From positions 73,384 through 137,383 of the forward strand of contig CAYUZS010000003.1 of the NCBI GenBank assembly GCA_964448705.1: a DNA stretch of 64,000 nucleotides, written 5' to 3'. Below the pieces are notes generated by a model that was given only the letters and a program-made list of their open reading frames with translations, did not search any database and had not been told where the DNA came from. A program made the position numbers and the translations under genes. Origin of the DNA: an uncultured Gammaproteobacteria bacterium (GTDB taxonomy: Bacteria > Patescibacteriota > Microgenomatia > UBA12405). Positions 56,531-64,000 of this stretch are shown here, one piece after another (positions within the stretch are counted from its first letter, which is position 1; the number at the start of each line of letters is the position of its first letter).

Positions 56531-57231
56531 ACAACCTGCAAAACAATTTTTCCACCACTAGGCGGCTCTTTTTTTTCTTTTTCCACATACTGTGGGGGAA
56601 GGCTTTCGCCCCCCCCACATATACCCTACCGTGGGGTTCCGTCAAATGACGGAGAATCCCACTGGAGCGACCCTAGTCCATTTCGGTCGGCCTCCTTTTG
56701 GGCCCCCCGAATATCAGGAGACTCACCGAGCTCTATCTCTCGGCATCGAGAAAAAAATTTGCAACGGGAGCAATGACCTTCCGGCTGCTGACACTCGCTC
56801 GGTGAAGGTGGTTGTTGAAACACTAACATTTTGCCACCTTGCCCTGGGTAACGCCTTTCCGACGTCGTAGTCGGTTTTCTTCTTTTTTCTTTTGATTTTC
56901 TTTCTGTTTCTTGTCGCTTTTACACATTTGAAGCCCCTTTCTTTTGGTCGAGGAGACCCGATCTTTTTCACCTTCCCCTATGGAAGTGAAACCTCGAAAA
57001 ATCCGTTTCTACGAACTTTTCGAGGCCCACTTCTACTCCCTGCCCGAGTTTTGGGAAGGGTTGGGAAAGAGTTAGAGAAGGGTTAATTTAGTTTTGCAGG
57101 TTGTTAAAGTGCAACCCGGCTAGGCCGGATTTGCCATCCGCCGATGAGGCGGAAGTTTCTCGACTTCAACAGTCCCGCATTCATTGTTTCCATACCGCTT
57201 TTGGTAATCGGCGGTACTGCTGTTTCGAATT
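56531..57231 (-). ncRNA. candidate large structured RNA or giant 5' leader, unclassified
   Basis: ORF-poor, GC-enriched region. A 14-bp long-range helix (56531-56544 with 57091-57104) encloses ~545 nt of hairpins. A GAAA tetraloop and G-U wobbles appear only on the minus strand. A minus-strand promoter lies at 57238-57265. Confidence 0.45.
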
Positions 57232-57237
57232 AGACTT

Positions 57238-57265
57238 ATAATATCACACTATCATGAATATTCAA
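57238..57265 (-). promoter_or_regulatory. sigma70-like promoter TTGAAT-16nt-TGaTATTAT
   Basis: Read on the minus strand. Predicted start near 57231. Confidence 0.35.
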
Positions 57266-57268
57266 TAC

Positions 57269-57295
57269 ACATAAGAGCGCATTCTGCTCTTATGT
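57269..57295. promoter_or_regulatory. perfect 10-bp inverted repeat ACATAAGAGC-N7-GCTCTTATGT (candidate operator)
   Basis: Lies between divergent transcription units. No flanking U-run on either strand. Confidence 0.4.
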
Positions 57296-57465
57296 AATTT
57301 ATGTGAGATTATACGAAAAAAATAGTTTTTATCCCCCACCAGATTCCTTACAGATTTTTCTGTTGCCTCTATAAACTTAACTCCCGTTTTCATTTTTCAG
57401 ACTAACACATTTTCTAATAATCATACAATATGAAAATAAACACCATCTTTAATATATAATTAACC

Positions 57466-59694
57466 ATGTCTTCTAATTCTGCCTTCACTTTCATGGAAGT
57501 CCGTCTTCCACAAGACAACGAAACTACTCTCGAATCCATGTCCTCTCTCTTGTCCAACTTTACTCAATTTGCCAAACTCAGTTTTTGGGAAAAATTATCC
57601 GGCAAACATTCTCTGGTAGCTTCTCTTGAAGTTGTCCTTATCAACGGTCAAATTCATTTTTATGTTGTCGTCCCCGTCCAAAATTACGATTTCTTTCGTT
57701 CCCAAATTCTCGCCCAATACCCCTCCGCCGTCATCAAAGAATCAAATAATTATTTAATTGACGCAGCAAACAATTTTTCGGAGCACAGCGAACGCGAAGT
57801 TCAATCTCCATCGAACAAGCCCGAAGGTAGCGAGCACCGCAAAAATTTGTTTGCCAGTCAATTAGCTTTAGCCCGCCCATACTCCTATCCCCTCAAAACC
57901 GCCCGTGATTTCCGAGATACCGACCCTCTCTCTTCAGTTCTGGCTCCCCTTTCCCGTTCCACTTCTTCCTCCGATTTTTTTCTCTATCAAATTTTAATCA
58001 GCAATGCTCCTAAAAATTGGCAGGGTAGTATTATTTCCGTCATTCAAAATGGAGTTTTAGTCGACAAAGAAAAAAATTTCCGTCAGGCCCATCCCGACAA
58101 ACAAGTTTTTGAAACCAAAATTCAGTTCCCCGGTCTGTTAACCCAGATCAATATTCTTTCCAATAATCCCACTCTCATCAGTTCGGTCTCCTCCTCTTTT
58201 GGAATCTACACCAGTCCTCGGGGCAATTTTATTCGTACCGTCTCTCCCGGTCTTTTTACCCGTAAAAAAATTCTCAAATCAATTGAAAATCGCCAGTTAA
58301 CCATCAACACCCAAGTTCTAAACACTGAAGAACTGGCTGTTCTTTGGCATTTTCCCAATCAACTCACCAAACTTCCCAACATCGCTTGGGGTAAAAAACT
58401 CTACGCCGATCCGCCGGAAAATCTGCCGGTAGCCACCGGTCTTAGTGATGAAGAAAAATCTCATCTCACCTTTTTTGGCAAAACAGAATTTCATAATCAG
58501 GAAACTATTTTCGGTATCAAAGAGGGTGAAGACCGCCGTCGACATACTTATATTATCGGTAAAAGTGGTACCGGAAAATCAACTTTAATTGCCAACATGG
58601 CTATTGATGACATCCGCAAGGGCCGTGGTGTCGCTATTATCGATCCTCACGGAGACCTTTGCGACAACATCCTCAACTATATTCCCGCCTCCCGCCTCAA
58701 CGATTGCTGTTATTTCAATCCCGCTGATCCCGACTATGTTTATCCTCTAAATGTTTTGGAAGCCAAAAATGAATCTCAGGCAGAACTGGTGGCTTCCGGA
58801 GTTCTTTCTATTTTCAAAAAACTTTACGGCAATTCCTGGGGTCCCCGATTGGAATATATTTTAAGAAATGCCATTCTTACCCTGGTCTTCACCCCGGGTT
58901 CGGACATGACCCATATCGTCGAGATTCTTACCAACAAAGTCTTTCGCGCCAAAGTAGTCGATCAGCTTAAAAATCAAACTCTCAAAAATTTTTGGCTCAA
59001 CGAATACAATGTCATGGATGAAAAGTTCCGGGTGGAAACAATTTCTTCGATCCTCAACAAAGTTGGACAATTTATTGCTTCATCTAATATCAGAAACACC
59101 GTTGCCCACGCTCATTCCAAAATCAATATTGAAGAAATAATGAATCAAAAAAAGATTCTTATTGCTGATTTATCCTCCGGAAAATTAGGTGAAGACAACT
59201 CTGCTCTTCTCGGCGCCATGCTGATTACTCAAATCCAGTTGGCCGCCATGAATCGGGTGTTCCAATCTCAGGACGAACGCTCTGATTTTTACCTCTATGT
59301 TGACGAGTTTCAAAATTTCGCCACCGAAGCCTTTATTAAAATTCTCTCTGAAGCCCGCAAGTTCAAACTTAATCTTATTGTCGCCAATCAGTATATGAGT
59401 CAGCTGGACCGAACCATTCAGGATGCCATTTTTGGCAACGTCGGCTCTTTCCTTTCTTTTGTCGTCGGCAACCAGGATGCTTTTATTCTTCAAAAAGAGT
59501 TTGGCACCAAATTCCCCGCCGAAGATCTGGTTAAAATCGGCAAGTACCAAATAATTTGCAAACTCAGCATTGATTCCGAAACCACCCAGCCGTTTTATGC
59601 CACCACCCTGCCTCCTCTGGATTGCAAAAACCAACAAAAGGATAAACTGATCAAAGTTTCTCAGGAACGTTGGGGAAAGAAAAAGAATTCATAG
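57466..59694 (+). CDS. TraD/VirD4-like (T4SS coupling protein / FtsK-HerA superfamily) ATPase with ~340-aa uncharacterised N-terminal domain
   Basis: Walker A IIGKSGTGKST then AIIDPHGDL, Walker B FYLYVDEFQNF and LIVANQYMSQL. No TM helices seen. Confidence 0.75.
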   Translation: MSSNSAFTFMEVRLPQDNETTLESMSSLLSNFTQFAKLSFWEKLSGKHSLVASLEVVLINGQIHFYVVVPVQNYDFFRSQILAQYPSAVIKESNNYLIDAANNFSEHSEREVQSPSNKPEGSEHRKNLFASQLALARPYSYPLKTARDFRDTDPLSSVLAPLSRSTSSSDFFLYQILISNAPKNWQGSIISVIQNGVLVDKEKNFRQAHPDKQVFETKIQFPGLLTQINILSNNPTLISSVSSSFGIYTSPRGNFIRTVSPGLFTRKKILKSIENRQLTINTQVLNTEELAVLWHFPNQLTKLPNIAWGKKLYADPPENLPVATGLSDEEKSHLTFFGKTEFHNQETIFGIKEGEDRRRHTYIIGKSGTGKSTLIANMAIDDIRKGRGVAIIDPHGDLCDNILNYIPASRLNDCCYFNPADPDYVYPLNVLEAKNESQAELVASGVLSIFKKLYGNSWGPRLEYILRNAILTLVFTPGSDMTHIVEILTNKVFRAKVVDQLKNQTLKNFWLNEYNVMDEKFRVETISSILNKVGQFIASSNIRNTVAHAHSKINIEEIMNQKKILIADLSSGKLGEDNSALLGAMLITQIQLAAMNRVFQSQDERSDFYLYVDEFQNFATEAFIKILSEARKFKLNLIVANQYMSQLDRTIQDAIFGNVGSFLSFVVGNQDAFILQKEFGTKFPAEDLVKIGKYQIICKLSIDSETTQPFYATTLPPLDCKNQQKDKLIKVSQERWGKKKNS

Positions 59695-59711
59695 TGTAGT
59701 AGAATAAATTT

Positions 59712-59912
59712 ATGAACGATAAAGTCAATTCTGAAGCCATTCCCTACAACCCTAATCAAATAGAACCTCAAATCATTGATCCTCACACCATTGGTCGTAT
59801 ATCTGCAGCTACCCGTGTTTTTGAGACAGTCCCTGTCAACACTAGAGAGATAATCGATCGTGCTGCTGCCAAAACTGCCCTAGAACAGATCAAAAAACAA
59901 AGGTCAGGCTAA
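59712..59912 (+). CDS. hypothetical small protein
   Basis: 66-aa ORF 17 nt after the ATPase gene. Confidence 0.3.
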   Translation: MNDKVNSEAIPYNPNQIEPQIIDPHTIGRISAATRVFETVPVNTREIIDRAAAKTALEQIKKQRSG

Positions 59913-60057
59913 TTTTTTGTCAACACATTTTCTCTAAAGTAGGAATTTTTTCCCCAACCCTCAAATTATATCCTTTAGCCGGCCTCAAAGAAATTCCTTG
60001 ATTTAACTTTCTTCTCTTTTCATAATCACCCTACATTACATATTAACTAAGTAAATT

Positions 60058-60276
60058 ATGGCCACTTCCAATGCTGAACTTATAGAAAGATTAAATCAAA
60101 CCGGTTCACATATTGTCAATTCTAAAAAAGAAGCCTGTTCTATTTGTCCTTCACTTCCTATTTGCCGTAAGGTTCGTTCCTGTGAACATGTCAGAATTGA
60201 ACCTGGTGATCGAACATGTCTTGAAACTTTAAAATCCGAAGAAGAAACTTCACTTTATAAAAAAATAAAACGCTAG
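60058..60276 (+). CDS. hypothetical small Cys-motif protein
   Basis: 72 aa with CSICPSLPIC (C-x2-C-x5-C). Confidence 0.35.
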   Translation: MATSNAELIERLNQTGSHIVNSKKEACSICPSLPICRKVRSCEHVRIEPGDRTCLETLKSEEETSLYKKIKR

Positions 60277-60345
60277 TCTAAATTTGCCTCTTGACACATC
60301 TTATAAGACATCCTATATTTAATTATTACTAATTAAATAATTCAC

Positions 60346-60522
60346 ATGTCAGAAAAAAAGTTCACTCCTGAATCGGCAGTGAAACCTACCTCGGCATCTC
60401 TGCCGGAAACCATAAAGATCGTAGAATCAGGCGATAAACTAGGGATAGCCATTAGGAAAATTATTCCTCTTGATGCCACTCCGGAAGAACTCCAGATCCT
60501 AGACTTGATACTTAATAATTAA
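60346..60522 (+). CDS. hypothetical small protein
   Basis: Hand-translated 58-aa ORF MSEKKFTPESAVKPTS...LDLILNN, below the track cutoff. Confidence 0.25.
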   Translation: MSEKKFTPESAVKPTSASLPETIKIVESGDKLGIAIRKIIPLDATPEELQILDLILNN

Positions 60523-60691
60523 TCAACCTATATAAATATGCCAGAAAAATTTATAGCCCCTAAAACTTTTTATAAGATAGAATCTCCTACTAGGATTGAT
60601 TTGGAAGTTATTTCTCCCAAACCTAATTTTAGCGGAGAAATTCAAATTCGTTTGCCCGCCGATAAAAAATAAGTTATTTTTTCAAAAAACT

Positions 60692-60883
60692 ATGGCAGAT
60701 TGCAAAGAATTTAACTCCATGTTCGCTGTCGAGGGTAGTTTAAAAACCTGTGGAGTGTGCAGTAAAATAAATGACTGTCAGCTCCCAATGGCACTTCAGA
60801 GGAAGCCATCTATGGAACGCAGTCTCAAACTTCCTAAGCAGGAAAAAGATTTTTACCCTCAATATCCTAACAAAAATCACTAA
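60692..60883 (+). CDS. hypothetical small Cys-motif protein
   Basis: 63 aa from MADCKEF, with CGVCSKINDC (C-x2-C-x5-C). Confidence 0.3.
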   Translation: MADCKEFNSMFAVEGSLKTCGVCSKINDCQLPMALQRKPSMERSLKLPKQEKDFYPQYPNKNH

Positions 60884-60897
60884 TTTTCGTTAACAGC

Positions 60898-62889
60898 TTA
60901 CGGTCGTTTCCATGCTGCCCACTTACAGTTTGGATAATCCGAACAGCCGAAGAATTTTCTCCCGGTTTTAGTCTTTCGAACCACACCGTCTTTTCCGCAT
61001 ACCGGACATTTAAAACCCGCATCTTCTTGGTATTGACGGGTATATTTGCAGTCAGGAAACCGGCTGCACGACACAAATTTTCCGAATTTTCCCACTCTGA
61101 TCACCAACTCCCCTTCATGGCATTCCGGACATTTTTCACCGGTTTTTTCCACTTCAACTTTCACCCTGTCTGCCGTCTTTTCTACTATTTTAACTTCGCC
61201 TCCAAATTTCTTCCAAAATGTTTCCATCATTTTTTTCCAATCCAATTTGCCCAAAGCTACTTTATCCAAACTTTCCTCCATTTCTGCTGTAAAAGGCAGC
61301 GACATTATTTCCACAAAGTTTTTAACCAAAAATTTAGTTACCGCTGTTCCCAAGCTTGTCGGTTTAAAACGTCCCTCATCCTTTTCCACATATTGTCTCA
61401 CTTGAATCGTAGAAATAATCGGTGCGTAAGTTGACGGCCTGCCGATCCCCTGTTTCTCCAAACTGGCCACCAGAGAAGCATCTGAATATCTTGGCGGAGA
61501 TTGAGTTTCCGACTCTTCAATTTTTATTTTTTGGCTCTTAATTTTTTCTCCAATTTCCATTTTTGGCAGCATTTCTTCTTCAAACTTTTCTCCGGAAATT
61601 TTTAGGAATCCGTCGAATAACATTCTTATTCCGACTGATTTAAATAATCCGGTTCCATTGGAAAAATAAACAGTGGTATTTTTCATTTTTGCCCCTGCTG
61701 CTTGGGTCGCCACTGCCCTTTTCCAGATCATTTGATAGAGTTTTAGTTCTTTGGCATCGACTTCCTCCGGGTTTTCTTTTGATACATTTGTCGGTCTGAT
61801 TGCCTCGTGTGCCTCCTGGGCATTTTTTGAAGTATTTTTATAGGTCCTTACTTTGCCGGCTACATATTCCTCTCCCCATTTGTCAGCAATGTAGTTTCTG
61901 AATTCATCAATCGCCTTAGCCCCCAAATTGACCGAATCGGTACGATGGTAGGTTATCAACCCTTTTTCGTACAATCGTTGCGCTAAGGTCATTGTCTGCT
62001 TTCCCGACCAGCCAAATCTCCTGGCAGCCGTTTGCTGCATTTTAGAAGTGGTAAACGGAGGCAATGGAGTTCTGTTTATTTCTTTTTCTTCAATTTTATC
62101 GATTATGAATTCTTTGTTAAGCCCGGCCACAAATTTATCCGCCTCTTCTCTTAATCCAAAAATAGATTTTGTAAAACTGTAGTCACCATCAAATAATTTC
62201 AGTTTTTGGCTAATATTTACATTTTTATCATTTACTTTAATCAAATCTGCACTAAAAGCGTTTTTACCTTCCTTTTTCAGGATTGCCGTTATTTTGTAAT
62301 ATTTTTCTTTTTTAAAGGCTTCAATTTCTTCCTCTCTTTCCACAATTAGTCTCACTGCTACGCTTTGGACTCGTCCGGCGGACAAACCTTTTCTTATTTT
62401 TTTCCATAATATTGGGCTTAACGAATATCCGACTACTCGATCTAAAACTCTTCTTCCTTGTTGAGCATTAACTAGATCCATGTCTACTTTTCTTTGGTTT
62501 TTCAGAGCTTCTTCTACTGCTGCTTTGGTAATCTCGTGAAAAGTAATCCGGGAAATATTTTTTTCTGTTTTCCTCTTCGTCTGATTTTCTAAAATCCATT
62601 GAACATGCCAGGAAATGGCTTCTCCTTCCCGATCAGGGTCGGTTGCCAAATATATATTTTTAACTTTTTCTGCCGATTTAATTAACGAATCAACCACTTT
62701 CTTTTTTTCCCGGTCAACCACATAGTCCACCACAAAACCATTCTCCACTTCCACTCCCATTTTACTTTTCGGCAAATCCCGCAGGTGGCCGACAGTAGCT
62801 ATCACCTCATAATCAGCTCCCAAATATTTTCCAATCGTTCGCGCCTTGGTCGGAGATTCCACTACTAATAAATTTTTCATACTTGCCAT
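60898..62889 (-). CDS. topA: DNA topoisomerase I
   Basis: 663 aa with a Toprim N-terminus, the active-site region ITYHRTDS and C-terminal C4 zinc ribbons CPECHEG...CSRFPDC and CPVCGKD...CSDYPNC. Confidence 0.95.
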   Translation of the reverse strand: MASMKNLLVVESPTKARTIGKYLGADYEVIATVGHLRDLPKSKMGVEVENGFVVDYVVDREKKKVVDSLIKSAEKVKNIYLATDPDREGEAISWHVQWILENQTKRKTEKNISRITFHEITKAAVEEALKNQRKVDMDLVNAQQGRRVLDRVVGYSLSPILWKKIRKGLSAGRVQSVAVRLIVEREEEIEAFKKEKYYKITAILKKEGKNAFSADLIKVNDKNVNISQKLKLFDGDYSFTKSIFGLREEADKFVAGLNKEFIIDKIEEKEINRTPLPPFTTSKMQQTAARRFGWSGKQTMTLAQRLYEKGLITYHRTDSVNLGAKAIDEFRNYIADKWGEEYVAGKVRTYKNTSKNAQEAHEAIRPTNVSKENPEEVDAKELKLYQMIWKRAVATQAAGAKMKNTTVYFSNGTGLFKSVGIRMLFDGFLKISGEKFEEEMLPKMEIGEKIKSQKIKIEESETQSPPRYSDASLVASLEKQGIGRPSTYAPIISTIQVRQYVEKDEGRFKPTSLGTAVTKFLVKNFVEIMSLPFTAEMEESLDKVALGKLDWKKMMETFWKKFGGEVKIVEKTADRVKVEVEKTGEKCPECHEGELVIRVGKFGKFVSCSRFPDCKYTRQYQEDAGFKCPVCGKDGVVRKTKTGRKFFGCSDYPNCKWAAWKRP

Positions 62890-62895
62890 TGTTAT

Positions 62896-63303
62896 CTATT
62901 GTAAACTGTGTGTCAAGTCGGTCATTTCCAATAAAGGTACTGCTCCGTTTTTAATCAGATAATTTGTCATTCGTGAATTTTCATCAATAATCCTTCCCGG
63001 CACTGCCCATACTTCTTTCCCTAGATCTAAAAAACATTTGGCTGCCAATATGGTTCCGCTTTTCAAACTTCCTTCAATTACTACCAACAAATCGGAATAA
63101 TTAGCCAAGTCATTATTTAATTTTTCAAAATTATCCCCCTTAAACACTTTATCCGCTCCTAATCGGACCACTTCCCGGTTACAGCCGGCCACTAAAATTG
63201 TCACCACCTCCGCTTTATCTTTCAGCTCCTTCATCACCATCCCGATTACTGTTTTCCCGTAAGGACTCATCCTCCGACTCCCTATTATCGCCACCCGTTT
63301 CAT
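62896..63303 (-). CDS. miniature DprA/Smf-like protein
   Basis: 135 aa with AIIGSRRMSPYG and KSGTILAAKCFLDLGKEVWAVPG, which resemble the DprA Rossmann core. dprA-topA synteny. The central region is missing. Confidence 0.5.
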   Translation of the reverse strand: MKRVAIIGSRRMSPYGKTVIGMVMKELKDKAEVVTILVAGCNREVVRLGADKVFKGDNFEKLNNDLANYSDLLVVIEGSLKSGTILAAKCFLDLGKEVWAVPGRIIDENSRMTNYLIKNGAVPLLEMTDLTHSLQ

Positions 63304-63348
63304 GACATATTAAAACCCTTGTTTTCCCCTCTTGTCAAAGTCTTATTC

Positions 63349-63401
63349 CCCTCTTGCTTGCCCGCCTCTGGAGGGTCAAAGAGGGGTTAGGGGAGATTGT
63401 T
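63349..63401. repeat. copy 2 of ~53-nt intergenic repeat
   Basis: 34-nt exact core shared with 51619-51652. Ends on the PBP stop codon. A partial copy with an internal deletion lies at 63325-63340. Confidence 0.85.
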
Positions 63402-64000
63402 ATTCTCCCATTTCATTATTACTGTATCTTGGTACCACTGTATTCGGTTCGTCAAACCATTCTTTCAGAATATCTCCCACAATCGGTGCGGCCACATCGC
63501 TTCCTTCACCGCCCCTCTCCACCATCACCGTAATCGAAATTTCCGGATCATCCGCCGGTGCAAAAGCTGTCAGCCAGGCATGAGAATCGCCGCTGCCGTC
63601 GCCCACCTCGGCTGTTCCGGTCTTGCAGGCAATTTGAGTTTTGAAATTATACAAAGGCCACGCAGTGCCTCCGGGTTTACAGGCCGCCAGCATTCCTTCT
63701 TTTATTGTTTGTATTGTTTCCCGGCTTATCCCTAAATTTTGGCATTCAGTTTGATTGTCGTTAATCACACTCATCTTACATTTCACCCCATTATTGGCAA
63801 TAATATTGGTTGATTGATTAACCTGTAACGGAGTAACATCCAAAAATCCCTGTCCTATCGAAAAATGATATGTGTCTCCCAGATACCACCTTTCCCCCCG
63901 ATTATCCCGTTTCCACTGGTCATCCGGAACAATTCCGGAATTTTCACTCGTCATCTCAACTCCGGTTTCCTGTCCATAACCGTATTTCATTGCCCAATTC
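63400..64000 (-). CDS. penicillin-binding protein transpeptidase domain (PBP2/FtsI class), C-terminal part; gene continues beyond the window
   Basis: KTGTAE motif and SIGQG. The reading frame is open to the window edge. Confidence 0.8.
   Translation of the reverse strand, partial: NWAMKYGYGQETGVEMTSENSGIVPDDQWKRDNRGERWYLGDTYHFSIGQGFLDVTPLQVNQSTNIIANNGVKCKMSVINDNQTECQNLGISRETIQTIKEGMLAACKPGGTAWPLYNFKTQIACKTGTAEVGDGSGDSHAWLTAFAPADDPEISITVMVERGGEGSDVAAPIVGDILKEWFDEPNTVVPRYSNNEMGE

Noticed and set aside
56592-56971. 92-aa (+), 67-aa (-) and 82-aa (-) ORFs inside the GC-rich region
   Set aside because: They overlap one another on both strands, have low-complexity or implausible composition and lack start context. 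They are better explained as chance ORFs in GC-enriched structured RNA.
56531-57231. Identification of the structured region as RNase P RNA, tmRNA, SRP RNA or a group II intron
   Set aside because: I searched by eye on both strands for GAGGAAAGUCC and ACAGAAxCCGGCUUA (only a weak ACCCGGCTA resemblance on the plus strand). I also looked for a tRNA-like 3' end with GGUUCGA, the SRP GGAA-capped helix 8 and a domain V-like hairpin. None fits convincingly, and there is no intron-encoded ORF.
52698-60883. Prophage or conjugative-element annotation of the island
   Set aside because: No integrase, terminase, portal, tail, relaxase, VirB4 or VirB6 was recognisable, and no flanking direct repeats or tRNA target were seen. 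Only the coupling-protein-like ATPase hints at mobility.
1-64000. CRISPR arrays, rRNA genes, IS elements or transposases
   Set aside because: I saw no regularly spaced short direct repeats, no rRNA-like conserved stretches and no transposase-like ORFs or terminal inverted repeats while reading the window.

Overview
Low-GC, gene-dense bacterial window that uses the standard genetic code (TGA is a real stop at 40321-40323 and 41418-41420). Small, streamlined housekeeping genes, very little biosynthesis and many membrane-anchored secreted proteins suggest a CPR/Patescibacteria-type genome; this is inference from gene content only. Layout: 0.1-6.6 kb holds ferredoxin, a DsbA-like protein, a SpoU methylase and gyrB-gyrA. 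6.6-8.6 kb holds a lone tyrosine recombinase between two unusually long non-coding stretches that share repeated motifs. 8.6-29 kb is housekeeping (yebC, rluA-family, lspA-like, dksA-like, tRNA-Leu, dnaB, tRNA-His, hisS, rpmE, a short RF1, htrA, S41 protease, rpsR-ssb-rpsF, cysS, recR, ybaB, dnaX, ybeY-like, yqeY, rpsU). 29-34.3 kb is a cohesin/dockerin/LPXTG surface-protein cluster. 34.3-48 kb is a glycan cluster (initiating sugar transferase, O-antigen-ligase-like protein, GT-C, TagA-like GT26, three GT4, GT2, radical SAM/SPASM, methyltransferase, PLP decarboxylase, ABC-2 exporter). 49.4-52.6 kb holds rseP, frr, tsf and rpsB. 60.9-64 kb holds topA, a mini dprA and a PBP transpeptidase. Three loci stand out. 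(1) At 47.9-49.4 kb an unannotated, apparently leaderless 47-aa Cys-rich peptide is followed by a PqqD-type RRE and a QueC-like PP-loop ATPase. It lies tail-to-tail with an ABC ATPase fused to an S26B signal-peptidase domain, which makes it a candidate new RiPP-type system. (2) At 56.5-57.2 kb a ~575-700 nt, GC-enriched, ORF-free, heavily base-paired region, probably minus-strand, heads an operon of ORFan proteins and sits opposite a T4SS coupling-protein-like ATPase. (3) At 16.1-16.23 kb a 13-codon His-His-His leader peptide with a three-segment attenuator lies upstream of tRNA-His and hisS. No rRNA genes, CRISPR arrays or transposases were seen.
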